From Escherichia phage 308Ecol101PP, in the sequence record OR062945.1: DNA of 64,000 bases. The stretch is one strand, 5' to 3'. This document shows, piece after piece, positions 27,105 to 35,092 of the stretch. The notes under the pieces are model-generated. The model saw only the letters and a list, made by a program, of their open reading frames with translations. It ran no database searches and was not told where the DNA came from. A program made the translations under genes and the position numbers. Position 1 is the first letter of the stretch. The number at the start of each line of letters is the position of its first letter.

Positions 27105-27686
27105 ATGACATGTCAATCTGAACTTCAAGAACGTGAATACCTAACAAATCTGATTGATAGCAAATTCACCCGCCAAGAACAAAACATTCTCTGGGCTTGC
27201 ACCGATTCTAAGGAAGACCCAGATTTCCACTATGAATTAGACCATCTTGTTCGTAAGCATATGACTTCTACAGTACCAGTAGAACTCTACCGTGGTGTAA
27301 CTCCAGAAGAAGTAGAACGTCTTTCCCTTCTTTCTGTGGGATGCCATTGGTCTCCTGGACGAGTAACATCGTTCACAACTGATTTCAGTACAGCTCGTCA
27401 ATTCTCCGGGAGATGGGAATATCAGACGTACACTATTCTTAGTCTCAGGAATGCTCCGTTCATTTTTGATTACTACCAAAACATGGTTAACATTGTACTC
27501 GCCGGAAAGAACCCTAAGCATGTTATGGAAGAAACTCGTATCGATGTCCTAGATATGATTGAATCTGAGCAAGAGTACATGGTCTCAGGTATCTCTAGAT
27601 TTGAGATTGTGGAAATTGAAGACTTAGAATATGACCCTTTATCTCGGTTATACAAAATCATTCATTTGAAAATGTTGAATTTTTAG
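27105..27686 (+). CDS. ADP-ribosyltransferase, ModA/ModB-like (R-S-E class), paralogue 1
   Basis: 193 aa; LYRG (Arg), SFT (S-x-S), EYMV (Glu) ; paralogous to next gene; T4 modA/modB position upstream of dda. Confidence 0.6.
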   Translation: MTCQSELQEREYLTNLIDSKFTRQEQNILWACTDSKEDPDFHYELDHLVRKHMTSTVPVELYRGVTPEEVERLSLLSVGCHWSPGRVTSFTTDFSTARQFSGRWEYQTYTILSLRNAPFIFDYYQNMVNIVLAGKNPKHVMEETRIDVLDMIESEQEYMVSGISRFEIVEIEDLEYDPLSRLYKIIHLKMLNF

Positions 27687-27715
27687 TGTACAAACTCTTC
27701 CGATGATGATACTAT
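27686..27715 (+). promoter_or_regulatory. early promoter
   Basis: GTGTAC, 18-nt spacer, TACTAT. Confidence 0.45.
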
Positions 27716-27743
27716 ACCTTTATCAACCATAGGAGAAACCTAA

Positions 27744-28352
27744 ATGTTTATGCCGTATAACGAGTGTGAAATTGAAGAAATGGTTCGTCGTGCTCAAAAC
27801 CCCGAATATCAAGATGTATTGCAGTACGAAATTGATAGTCAATTCAGCGATAATGAACAAAGCGTCCTTTGGCAGTGTATGGAAAACAAGCCAGACTGTA
27901 TTCAACAGGAGTTAAGTTCAATCGTTCGTAGAAATTGGACGTCTTCTGTTCCTGAGACAATGTATCGTGGAATCTCTAAGAAAACTATGGCCACACTCGA
28001 TGATAAAGGCATTGGTAGTATTATTAAATTTGACAGAGTAATGAGCTTCAGCCCAGTGTTCGGTGTAGCGCGTAACTTTGCTTCGTATAATTTTTACGGA
28101 ACATTTAATATGTTCTGCATCAAAGATGCACCATTTGCTTTCAACTTCCGTGAACATATGCTTAATATGATTCTGGCTGCACCATCTTGTGAGTTCAATG
28201 GAGCTTTCCCTGAAGCGACAAGACGGTCTAATGCTAGACTTATATCTGACGAATGTGAATTTATGCTCCCTATAGGGACTACACTGCGTGTAGATTCTAT
28301 TATTCAAGATGGACGTTATACAATCTGGAATCTGTCTATTGTCAGTTACTGA
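27744..28352 (+). CDS. ADP-ribosyltransferase, ModA/ModB-like (R-S-E class), paralogue 2
   Basis: 202 aa; MYRG, SFS, ECEFM motifs; shares N-terminal block (Q..VLW.C...K.D) with paralogue 1. Confidence 0.6.
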   Translation: MFMPYNECEIEEMVRRAQNPEYQDVLQYEIDSQFSDNEQSVLWQCMENKPDCIQQELSSIVRRNWTSSVPETMYRGISKKTMATLDDKGIGSIIKFDRVMSFSPVFGVARNFASYNFYGTFNMFCIKDAPFAFNFREHMLNMILAAPSCEFNGAFPEATRRSNARLISDECEFMLPIGTTLRVDSIIQDGRYTIWNLSIVSY

Positions 28353-28426
28353 CTGAATTGGAATAACCGGATGGAACTCAGAACCATTATAACACATAAA
28401 AAATTAAAGCATTTTATGAAAAAAGA

Positions 28427-28455
28427 GTGTACACTACCTGAGGGCATGATATTAT
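28427..28455 (+). promoter_or_regulatory. early promoter
   Basis: GTGTAC, 17-nt spacer, TATTAT, AAGCTTATC. Confidence 0.5.
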
Positions 28456-28505
28456 AAGCTTATCAGCTAAACGACCTTAACGTCCGTAAGACAGAGGAAA
28501 ATATT

Positions 28506-29252
28506 ATGTTATCAAATAATAAAATTAACAAAATTAATCGTCGTCTTGACCACACCAGAGCTTCTGCGAAGAGACGCTCTAAGGATTTTAACTTAGACTT
28601 TAATTACCTTAAAAACATTCTTGATCAAAAGGTCTGTGCTTACTCAGGTGAATCTTTTAATAACTCTGTTGAAGGTGAGAAATTATCCTTAGAACGTTTT
28701 AATAATGATATAGGCTACATTAAAGGTAATGTTATCCCGGTTAAGAAAAAATATAACACGGCTCGTTCTGATTTAACATTAGAAGAACTTATTGAGAAAC
28801 GCGATGCCATTGCAAGACGTATCGCTAATCCTTCGGCCCGTAAAGTAGAGAAACTTAATCTCGACGAGAAGAAATGGGCCCAAATTAAAAAGGTTTATGG
28901 TACTATTTTAAAAATCCGAGCAAAACGTGAAAATCGTGTTAAGCATATGGCGAACATGATGAAAAATCAACCTTTATCTAACGAATCTAAACTTAGAATT
29001 GTTGCTTTGAAAGCACGCATTAATGGCTCACATCAAGCAGAAGGCCATGAACTTACTAAACTCAACGTTCTTCTTAAAGGCTCTGACTGGAAAACTAAAA
29101 CTAAATTAACTGACGCTGAATCGCTTTTCGATACATATGATAAAGTTATCCAAGGTCTGCAACGTTTTGAAAAGATTGGTTTCATTGGTAAATTAAAATT
29201 GAAACGTGGCTTACCACTTAGCGCATCATTATTCCAACTGATTAAAGGTTAA
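28506..29252 (+). CDS. hypothetical basic protein in the T4 srd position (248 aa)
   Basis: Position between mod genes and dda as for T4 srd; identity not verified. Confidence 0.4.
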   Translation: MLSNNKINKINRRLDHTRASAKRRSKDFNLDFNYLKNILDQKVCAYSGESFNNSVEGEKLSLERFNNDIGYIKGNVIPVKKKYNTARSDLTLEELIEKRDAIARRIANPSARKVEKLNLDEKKWAQIKKVYGTILKIRAKRENRVKHMANMMKNQPLSNESKLRIVALKARINGSHQAEGHELTKLNVLLKGSDWKTKTKLTDAESLFDTYDKVIQGLQRFEKIGFIGKLKLKRGLPLSASLFQLIKG

Positions 29253-29254
29253 TT

Positions 29255-29566
29255 ATGGTTTATGTATATGCAATAGTTTATCGAGATATGGAAGGATTTA
29301 CTGTCCCGGTTCCACTTGATGAGCATCGTCCTGCAGTATTTTTTAGAAAGGATATTGCAGATAAAGTTTTCGATACTTTGAAAACACAGTATAAAACAGA
29401 TTTAAAAATGGGAGTTCTAAGAATGGTTGAAACTCCGCGTAAGTTCTGGTTTAATAAGCTTGAAATGAAACACGTTAAACTAGATGCGGAGACGCAAAGA
29501 TTGTATCAACGAATCCTGGACACAGGCCGTATTGTTAGTATTCCAATTGCAGGGACTTTACGATGA
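29255..29566 (+). CDS. hypothetical protein (103 aa), dda.1 position
   Basis: ORF with SD AAAGG; stop overlaps dda start. Confidence 0.5.
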   Translation: MVYVYAIVYRDMEGFTVPVPLDEHRPAVFFRKDIADKVFDTLKTQYKTDLKMGVLRMVETPRKFWFNKLEMKHVKLDAETQRLYQRILDTGRIVSIPIAGTLR

Positions 29567-30876
29567 CATTTGATGATTTGACTGAAGGCCAGAAAAACGC
29601 CTTCAACGTTGTTATGGAAGCTATTAAAGAAAAGAAACATCATGTAACTATTAATGGACCTGCTGGTACAGGTAAAACAACCCTTACTAGATTCATCGTT
29701 GAAGCCCTTATTTCTTCTGGAGAATCAGGTATTATTTTAGCAGCCCCTACACATGCTGCTAAAAAGGTTCTAAGCAAACTTGCTGGTCAAGAAGCATCGA
29801 CTATTCATAGCATTCTTAAAATCAACCCAACTACATACGAAGAAAACGTATTGTTTGAACAGAAAAAGGTTCCAGACTTAGCCTTGTGTCGTGTACTGTT
29901 ATTTGATGAAGCGTCAATGTGCGACCGTTCTCTGTTTAAAATAATGTTAGCTAGTATCCCTAAATGGTGTACAGTAATTGGAATCGGCGACCGATGCCAG
30001 ATTCGTCCGGTAGACCCAGGCGAATCAACTGCGTATCTAAGTCCTTTCTTCACTCACAAAGACTTCGTGCAATGCAACCTTACAGAAGTTAAACGTAGCA
30101 ATGCACCAATTATTGATGTTGCGACTGATATTCGTAATGGCAAATGGATTTACGATAAAGTAGTTGATGGGCACGGCGTTCATGGATATACAGACCTTAA
30201 ATCGTATATGATGAACTATTTTAACGTCGTTAAAACTCCTGAAGACCTTTTCGAAAATCGAATGATGGCATTCACAAATAAGTCGGTGGACAAGTTAAAT
30301 TCAATTATTCGCCGAAAACTTCTTGAAACAGAAAAACCATTTATTAAAGACGAAGTCATTGTTCTACAAGAGCCATTTACTAAGACATATAAGCTAGACG
30401 GTAAAAATATGACCGAAATGCTTTTCAATAATGGGCAATTCGTTCGTATTCGAGATGCTGTAGAAACGTCTACATTCGTTAAAGCACGTGGTGTTTCAGG
30501 CGAATATATGATACGATACTGGAATCTTACAGTAGAAACATATGGTGATGATGAAGAATACGTCCGAGAGGATATAAAGGTTATTTCTTCTGAAGAAGAG
30601 CTTTATAAATTCAATTTGTTTTTGGCTAAGACCGCAGAAACATACAAATTCTGGAATAAAGGTGGTAAAGCTCCATGGAGCGAATTCTGGGATGCTAAAC
30701 GTATGTTCACTAAGGTGAAGGCACTACCAGTATCAACCTTCCATAAGGCCCAGGGTATGTCTGTTGACACAGCCTTTGTTTATACACCGTGTATCCATTA
30801 TGCCGATTCAGAATTAGCTAAACAGTTATTGTATGTCGGCACAACTCGTGGTCGGTTTGACGTCCATTTTATTTGA
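29563..30876 (+). CDS. dda: Dda DNA helicase (SF1B)
   Basis: 437 aa; Walker A GPAGTGKTT; MTFDDLTEGQKNAFN... and C-terminal YVGTTRGR match T4 Dda as recalled. Confidence 0.9.
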   Translation: MTFDDLTEGQKNAFNVVMEAIKEKKHHVTINGPAGTGKTTLTRFIVEALISSGESGIILAAPTHAAKKVLSKLAGQEASTIHSILKINPTTYEENVLFEQKKVPDLALCRVLLFDEASMCDRSLFKIMLASIPKWCTVIGIGDRCQIRPVDPGESTAYLSPFFTHKDFVQCNLTEVKRSNAPIIDVATDIRNGKWIYDKVVDGHGVHGYTDLKSYMMNYFNVVKTPEDLFENRMMAFTNKSVDKLNSIIRRKLLETEKPFIKDEVIVLQEPFTKTYKLDGKNMTEMLFNNGQFVRIRDAVETSTFVKARGVSGEYMIRYWNLTVETYGDDEEYVREDIKVISSEEELYKFNLFLAKTAETYKFWNKGGKAPWSEFWDAKRMFTKVKALPVSTFHKAQGMSVDTAFVYTPCIHYADSELAKQLLYVGTTRGRFDVHFI

Positions 30877-30885
30877 GAGAAAATT

Positions 30886-31563
30886 ATGAGCACTGACGTT
30901 ATTATAGATTTTGAAACATTCGGCAATACATCAAAAGCGGCTGTTATTGACCTTGCGGTTATTGCATATAATTCCGACCCTGAAGTTGTTGAATCATTTG
31001 AAGAACTTGTTCAACGAGGTAAGCGAATTAAATTTAATTTAGCTTCTCAGAAAGGGAAGCGAGTTTTCGCTAAATCCACTATGAAATGGTGGAAAGAACA
31101 ATCGGCTGAAGCACGTAAAAACTTGGCTCCGTCTGAAGACGATGTCACTACGCTTGAAGGCATCAAAATCTTTTTAGATTATTGCCGAGCTAATAAAGTT
31201 GACCAATGGAAATCACAGATGTGGTGCCGTGGTATGAGCTTTGACTTCCCGATCTTGGTCGATTTGATTCGTGACCTCTATCGTGATGAAGGTGTTCTTG
31301 AACCAGATATTGATACTGATAAATTAGAACCGGTTAAATTCTGGGCTCAACGCGATATTCGTACGGCAATCGAAGCTTACTCGTTGACACGAGGATTAAG
31401 TATGTGTCCATTACCGATGGGTACGCTAAAAGGATTCGTTGCCCATGATAGTGTTCATGATTGTGCTAAAGATATTTTGATGTTAAAATATGCTCAGCGT
31501 TATGCGCTTGGTCTTGAAGATGTCCCTGAGAATCCTGACCCGTTAAGTGTAAAACAGCGATAA
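30886..31563 (+). CDS. dexA: DexA exonuclease A (DEDD family)
   Basis: 225 aa; N-terminal IIDFETFG exo motif, later HDSVHDC; T4 gene order downstream of dda. Confidence 0.8.
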   Translation: MSTDVIIDFETFGNTSKAAVIDLAVIAYNSDPEVVESFEELVQRGKRIKFNLASQKGKRVFAKSTMKWWKEQSAEARKNLAPSEDDVTTLEGIKIFLDYCRANKVDQWKSQMWCRGMSFDFPILVDLIRDLYRDEGVLEPDIDTDKLEPVKFWAQRDIRTAIEAYSLTRGLSMCPLPMGTLKGFVAHDSVHDCAKDILMLKYAQRYALGLEDVPENPDPLSVKQR

Positions 31564-31568
31564 AATCA

Positions 31569-31598
31569 GTTTACAACCAAGGACGGTTGGAGTATAAT
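31569..31598 (+). promoter_or_regulatory. early promoter
   Basis: GTTTAC, 18-nt spacer, TATAAT. Confidence 0.6.
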
Positions 31599-31628
31599 CT
31601 TTCTATCTTAACCAAACGGGAAACAATT

Positions 31629-32123
31629 ATGAATATCAATACTACGTCTACTTACATCCTGAAAGACGAAAAACAAATCAACTGGTACGGTGCTTCAGTG
31701 CGAGCTTATGAAAAGTTTTGTGAAATTTTAGGTGCCACTCAAGGTAATAGTTTCACTATTGTTAACTTCATCAAACAAGTTGAAGGCCCTTGGTTATTCT
31801 TAGAAATTAAAAATTCATACGGTACAATTTCTACTACTGCCCTTCCGAGCACCGACTTTGAACTCTTGATTGAAGAAGCACCTGTTAAAGATGGTCTCCA
31901 CTTTGATATGGATATCGTTTGTATGTACGGTACTCTGATTAAGCCTATTGAGCCTACTGATTTATTGTGTAAATATGTTTCAATTCGACGCCCATTCGAT
32001 GGTCCAGTAAATGGATGGGTAACTGACCAGTGGATTGAAGATGGGGTTGAACTTCTGAACGTTGTTCATGCCGGTGATTTTAGTGTGGTTCCGCGTAGTG
32101 CTGTGGTTAATATCCTTAATTAA
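31629..32123 (+). CDS. hypothetical protein, member A of a tandem paralogue family (conserved C-terminal DQWIEDG module)
   Basis: 164 aa from ATG 31629 (ORF track begins at 31587 inside the promoter); C-terminus GWVTDQWIEDGVELLNVVHAGDFSVV. Confidence 0.5.
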   Translation: MNINTTSTYILKDEKQINWYGASVRAYEKFCEILGATQGNSFTIVNFIKQVEGPWLFLEIKNSYGTISTTALPSTDFELLIEEAPVKDGLHFDMDIVCMYGTLIKPIEPTDLLCKYVSIRRPFDGPVNGWVTDQWIEDGVELLNVVHAGDFSVVPRSAVVNILN

Positions 32124-32125
32124 TG

Positions 32126-32155
32126 TTGTACATCCAAGGATGGATGGAGTATAGT
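32126..32155 (+). promoter_or_regulatory. early promoter
   Basis: TTGTAC, 18-nt spacer, TATAGT; spacer resembles that of the promoter at 31569. Confidence 0.5.
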
Positions 32156-32183
32156 GAATTCAATTTAAACAAAGAGAGAAATT

Positions 32184-32714
32184 ATGATTACTATTGGTGA
32201 AATCCTTCGTGTATCTCCTGCTTCTCGTTCTAAAGCTGCAGGTCGTCTGGTTGAAGTAGCAGGACTTCGTACTAACGGCATGGGACGTGTTAAAGAAGTT
32301 AAAGTTCGAATCATCCCCAGTTTTGGCGGACAAGACGCCCAGTATGCTTACGTAAGTCCTAAATTCCTGGAAAAACATATACGAGTCCAATTTGCTTCAA
32401 GCGAAGAAGTTGCACCTGCACACTTTGCTTCTGTTGAAGAAGTTGAATCACGTGATGGATACGTATGTGAATCCACTGAGCCTAATGTACAGTTCAAATG
32501 GGCCCTTTGCAAAGGCGTTGAATTTATAACCGATAAAGAATTTGATTACATCGACGAATACGGTTATCCAAGCAAAACTGATATTATGTGTGGCTTCATT
32601 AGTGACCAATGGGTTGAAGATGGTGAAAAGTTATACAATATCGTATTCTTAGGTGACTTCCGAGTTGTTAAAGAATCTGAAATCACTCGCTATGTGTCTC
32701 CTCGTAAAGCTTAA
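32184..32714 (+). CDS. hypothetical protein, member B of tandem paralogue family
   Basis: 176 aa; N-terminus SPASRSKAAGRLVEV and C-terminus GFISDQWVEDGEKLYNIVFLGDFRVV shared with member C. Confidence 0.55.
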   Translation: MITIGEILRVSPASRSKAAGRLVEVAGLRTNGMGRVKEVKVRIIPSFGGQDAQYAYVSPKFLEKHIRVQFASSEEVAPAHFASVEEVESRDGYVCESTEPNVQFKWALCKGVEFITDKEFDYIDEYGYPSKTDIMCGFISDQWVEDGEKLYNIVFLGDFRVVKESEITRYVSPRKA

Positions 32715-32723
32715 GGAATTATT

Positions 32724-33143
32724 ATGAATATTGTAAATCTCTCTACAGGTGATTACGTATATGTATCTGTTGCTTCTCGCTCTAAAGTTGCCGGGAAGTT
32801 GGTTGAAGTTCTTTCTGTGAGTGATCCGGTTTTTGGTCGTAACCAAGTTAAAGTTCGTGACGCTGATGGCAACATTGGTTACGTTAAAAGCCAATTCATT
32901 GAACCGGAAGAAAAAGCGTTCAAATGGAAACTGTGCAGGTCTGTTTTAGTTGTAAAAGACCATGAATTTACTATTGCTGCTGCAACTGACGGGTCTCCAT
33001 GGTCAACGAATCAAGTTGCTGGTTTTATTTCGGACCAATGGGTAGAAGATGGTGTTAAGCTTTATAACATCGTTTTCGCTGGACAGTTCATGGTAGTTCC
33101 TGAGTTCCAAATCAAAAAATATTGTCCAGCATCTTTTGCATAA
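32724..33143 (+). CDS. hypothetical protein, member C of tandem paralogue family
   Basis: 139 aa; SVASRSKVAGKLVEV and GFISDQWVEDGVKLYNIVFAGQFMVV. Confidence 0.55.
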   Translation: MNIVNLSTGDYVYVSVASRSKVAGKLVEVLSVSDPVFGRNQVKVRDADGNIGYVKSQFIEPEEKAFKWKLCRSVLVVKDHEFTIAAATDGSPWSTNQVAGFISDQWVEDGVKLYNIVFAGQFMVVPEFQIKKYCPASFA

Positions 33144-33147
33144 AGTT

Positions 33148-33176
33148 GTTTACTTCTCCTCTGGATTTGGTATTAT
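33148..33176 (+). promoter_or_regulatory. early promoter
   Basis: GTTTAC, 17-nt spacer, TATTAT. Confidence 0.55.
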
Positions 33177-33202
33177 ATCCATATCAACCAGAGGAGAATA
33201 AT

Positions 33203-33727
33203 ATGTTAGTTTACCGCGTAGAACGTAGTTTTTGTACTCAACGTGAATCATTACCAGGAATTGCTATCGAAGATGGTAAAGCCGTCAGAATTTGGGAAAC
33301 CTCTTGGAATAAAGAACCTCGCTCGCCATACGGCTGGTCGGGCACCGACAACTCTGAAGAAACATGGGAGTTCCTTGATAAGCATGGAATACTCTCAGGT
33401 AACTTCTACCATCATGGCGACAACTATAATGTCCCTAATCGTCCTACAGTAAATGAAGACAAACTCCTTGAACAAAATATCTTAAGATACTATAGAATTG
33501 ATCACACATTTGAATTGAGTGAAGATTGGGCTCAAGGGTTCTATTTTGGATTTGAAAGTGTTGACGCGGTTTATGCATGGTTTGATGACCAGGTGGATGT
33601 TGAACTCTTGAAAGCTAAAGGATACTACATCGCGGTCTATGAAGCACCTGATTTCATCCTCGGAAGTTGTCAATTAATGTTTAGACGTTCATTGGCAGAA
33701 CAAGTTGATTTTATTTTGCTAAAATGA
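33203..33727 (+). CDS. hypothetical protein (174 aa)
   Basis: ATG 33203 after CAGAGGAGAATAAT; ORF track begins at 33122. Confidence 0.5.
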   Translation: MLVYRVERSFCTQRESLPGIAIEDGKAVRIWETSWNKEPRSPYGWSGTDNSEETWEFLDKHGILSGNFYHHGDNYNVPNRPTVNEDKLLEQNILRYYRIDHTFELSEDWAQGFYFGFESVDAVYAWFDDQVDVELLKAKGYYIAVYEAPDFILGSCQLMFRRSLAEQVDFILLK

Positions 33728-33756
33728 TGTACAACAACTATGGCCTATGATACTAT
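33727..33756 (+). promoter_or_regulatory. early promoter
   Basis: ATGTAC, 18-nt spacer, TACTAT, AGACCTATCAA. Confidence 0.5.
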
Positions 33757-33784
33757 AGACCTATCAAAACAAGAGGAGAATATT

Positions 33785-34012
33785 ATGAAACGTCAAATCA
33801 TTAAAAACGTAACTACTGATTCAAACATCGATGAGTTTGAAGATGTTCTGTTTAATCCTGATTTAGTTGTTGTACAGAAAAACTGGACCGAATTTTTATG
33901 CTACACCGAAGTGGTTTACGTTTACGAAAAACTCGGTGATGAAATGCCTATCTATGGTATCTTCCGTGAAATCACTGAAAACGGTACAACTTATTGGAAG
34001 GAAACTTATTAA
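33785..34012 (+). CDS. hypothetical protein (75 aa)
   Basis: ATG 33785 after CAAGAGGAGAA; ORF track begins at 33740. Confidence 0.45.
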   Translation: MKRQIIKNVTTDSNIDEFEDVLFNPDLVVVQKNWTEFLCYTEVVYVYEKLGDEMPIYGIFREITENGTTYWKETY

Positions 34013-34422
34013 TGGCTAATAAATTCCGCGTTAACTCATGGTACCAATTTATAGATAAACGTACCCAAAAAGAGTTTATTAAAAACCACACTGATAATGG
34101 GATTTATGCACGACGTCTTGGCATGGAACCATTTAAAGTATTAGATGTTGACCATCTTGGCCGTCCTACTAAAATTGTGACATCTACTGGCACGGTTGGA
34201 TACGCAACAGGCGGTGATATTCTTGATGAAAACTTTATCTGGCTCTCTACTAGTGAAGCAGAGTTTTTTGATGAAGTGGGAAATCCATATCAAGCGTCCG
34301 AAGAGCAAGATTCTGGTGAACTTGACGAATTGACTGAATTTCCTGTGACGACGATTACTATCGAAAATAACGACCAGGCATGGTCTTTGTATCAAATGTT
34401 GAAAGCACATTTTAAGGAATAA
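34012..34422 (+). CDS. hypothetical protein (136 aa)
   Basis: TAATG-coupled start at 34012; ORF track begins at 33994. Confidence 0.5.
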   Translation: MANKFRVNSWYQFIDKRTQKEFIKNHTDNGIYARRLGMEPFKVLDVDHLGRPTKIVTSTGTVGYATGGDILDENFIWLSTSEAEFFDEVGNPYQASEEQDSGELDELTEFPVTTITIENNDQAWSLYQMLKAHFKE

Positions 34423-34424
34423 TA

Positions 34425-34604
34425 ATGCCGTTATACGACTATAAATGTCAATCTGAAGATTGTGGCCATGAATATGAAAAAATTAAAAGGATTTCTGAAC
34501 GAGAAAACGATGTTTGTCCTGAATGTCATCGTCTGTCTACTCGTCGGGTTTCTGCTCCTAAACATGTGAACGGTGGTTTTTACGACTTACTTAAGAAGGG
34601 TTAA
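34425..34604 (+). CDS. small zinc-ribbon protein (59 aa), FmdB-like CxxC...CxxC
   Basis: MPLYDYKCQSEDCGHEY...DVCPECHR; SD TAAGGAATAATA; below ORF-track cutoff. Confidence 0.5.
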   Translation: MPLYDYKCQSEDCGHEYEKIKRISERENDVCPECHRLSTRRVSAPKHVNGGFYDLLKKG

Positions 34605-34606
34605 TT

Positions 34607-35029
34607 ATGGCTTTTAAAGGTTTTGAAGTTGGTAAGAAATATCGTATTATCAAAGGACAGGAAGATAATTTCTTGAGAATTCTTAATACGACTGGTAAAC
34701 GTCTTAACACTACTCTGCATACAGTTTTATTATCAAGAGATTTTATCGTAGAAGAGATGATTGGTTACGGTGTTTCAATGATTGCCGCTGAAACCGATGG
34801 ACCTGGACGTACAATCATTAGTATGCAAGGTGATATTCTGATTTATGGTGCAGAATTTAAATTCTTTGAAGAAGTTCCGGAACCAGATACAACTGTCGAT
34901 TTCAAAAAAGGCTCTATAGAATTTGTTGATGGTTCGGTGATCGTATCAGGCGATGTGGTCATTACAGTTAAAAGTGAACAAGGGCGTTTGGCTGCAATTG
35001 ATGCACTTCAGAAAATTAAATTTAAATAA
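34607..35029 (+). CDS. hypothetical protein (140 aa)
   Basis: ATG after AAGGGTTAATT; terminator immediately downstream. Confidence 0.5.
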   Translation: MAFKGFEVGKKYRIIKGQEDNFLRILNTTGKRLNTTLHTVLLSRDFIVEEMIGYGVSMIAAETDGPGRTIISMQGDILIYGAEFKFFEEVPEPDTTVDFKKGSIEFVDGSVIVSGDVVITVKSEQGRLAAIDALQKIKFK

Positions 35030-35047
35030 GGGCTTCGGCCCTTTTTG
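35030..35047 (+). terminator. UUCG hairpin terminator
   Basis: GGGC-TTCG-GCCC followed by TTTTTGCTTT. Confidence 0.6.
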
Positions 35048-35092
35048 CTTTAGATTTCGGATGATAGAATACCTTCATAACGAGGAGACAAC

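Noticed and set aside
28506-29252. Possible HNH homing endonuclease in the srd-position protein
   Set aside because: A short stretch (CAYSGESF...LERFNNDIGYIKGNV) loosely resembles HNH-type motifs but lacks the His and the second Cys/Asn pair needed for an HNH active site; not called.
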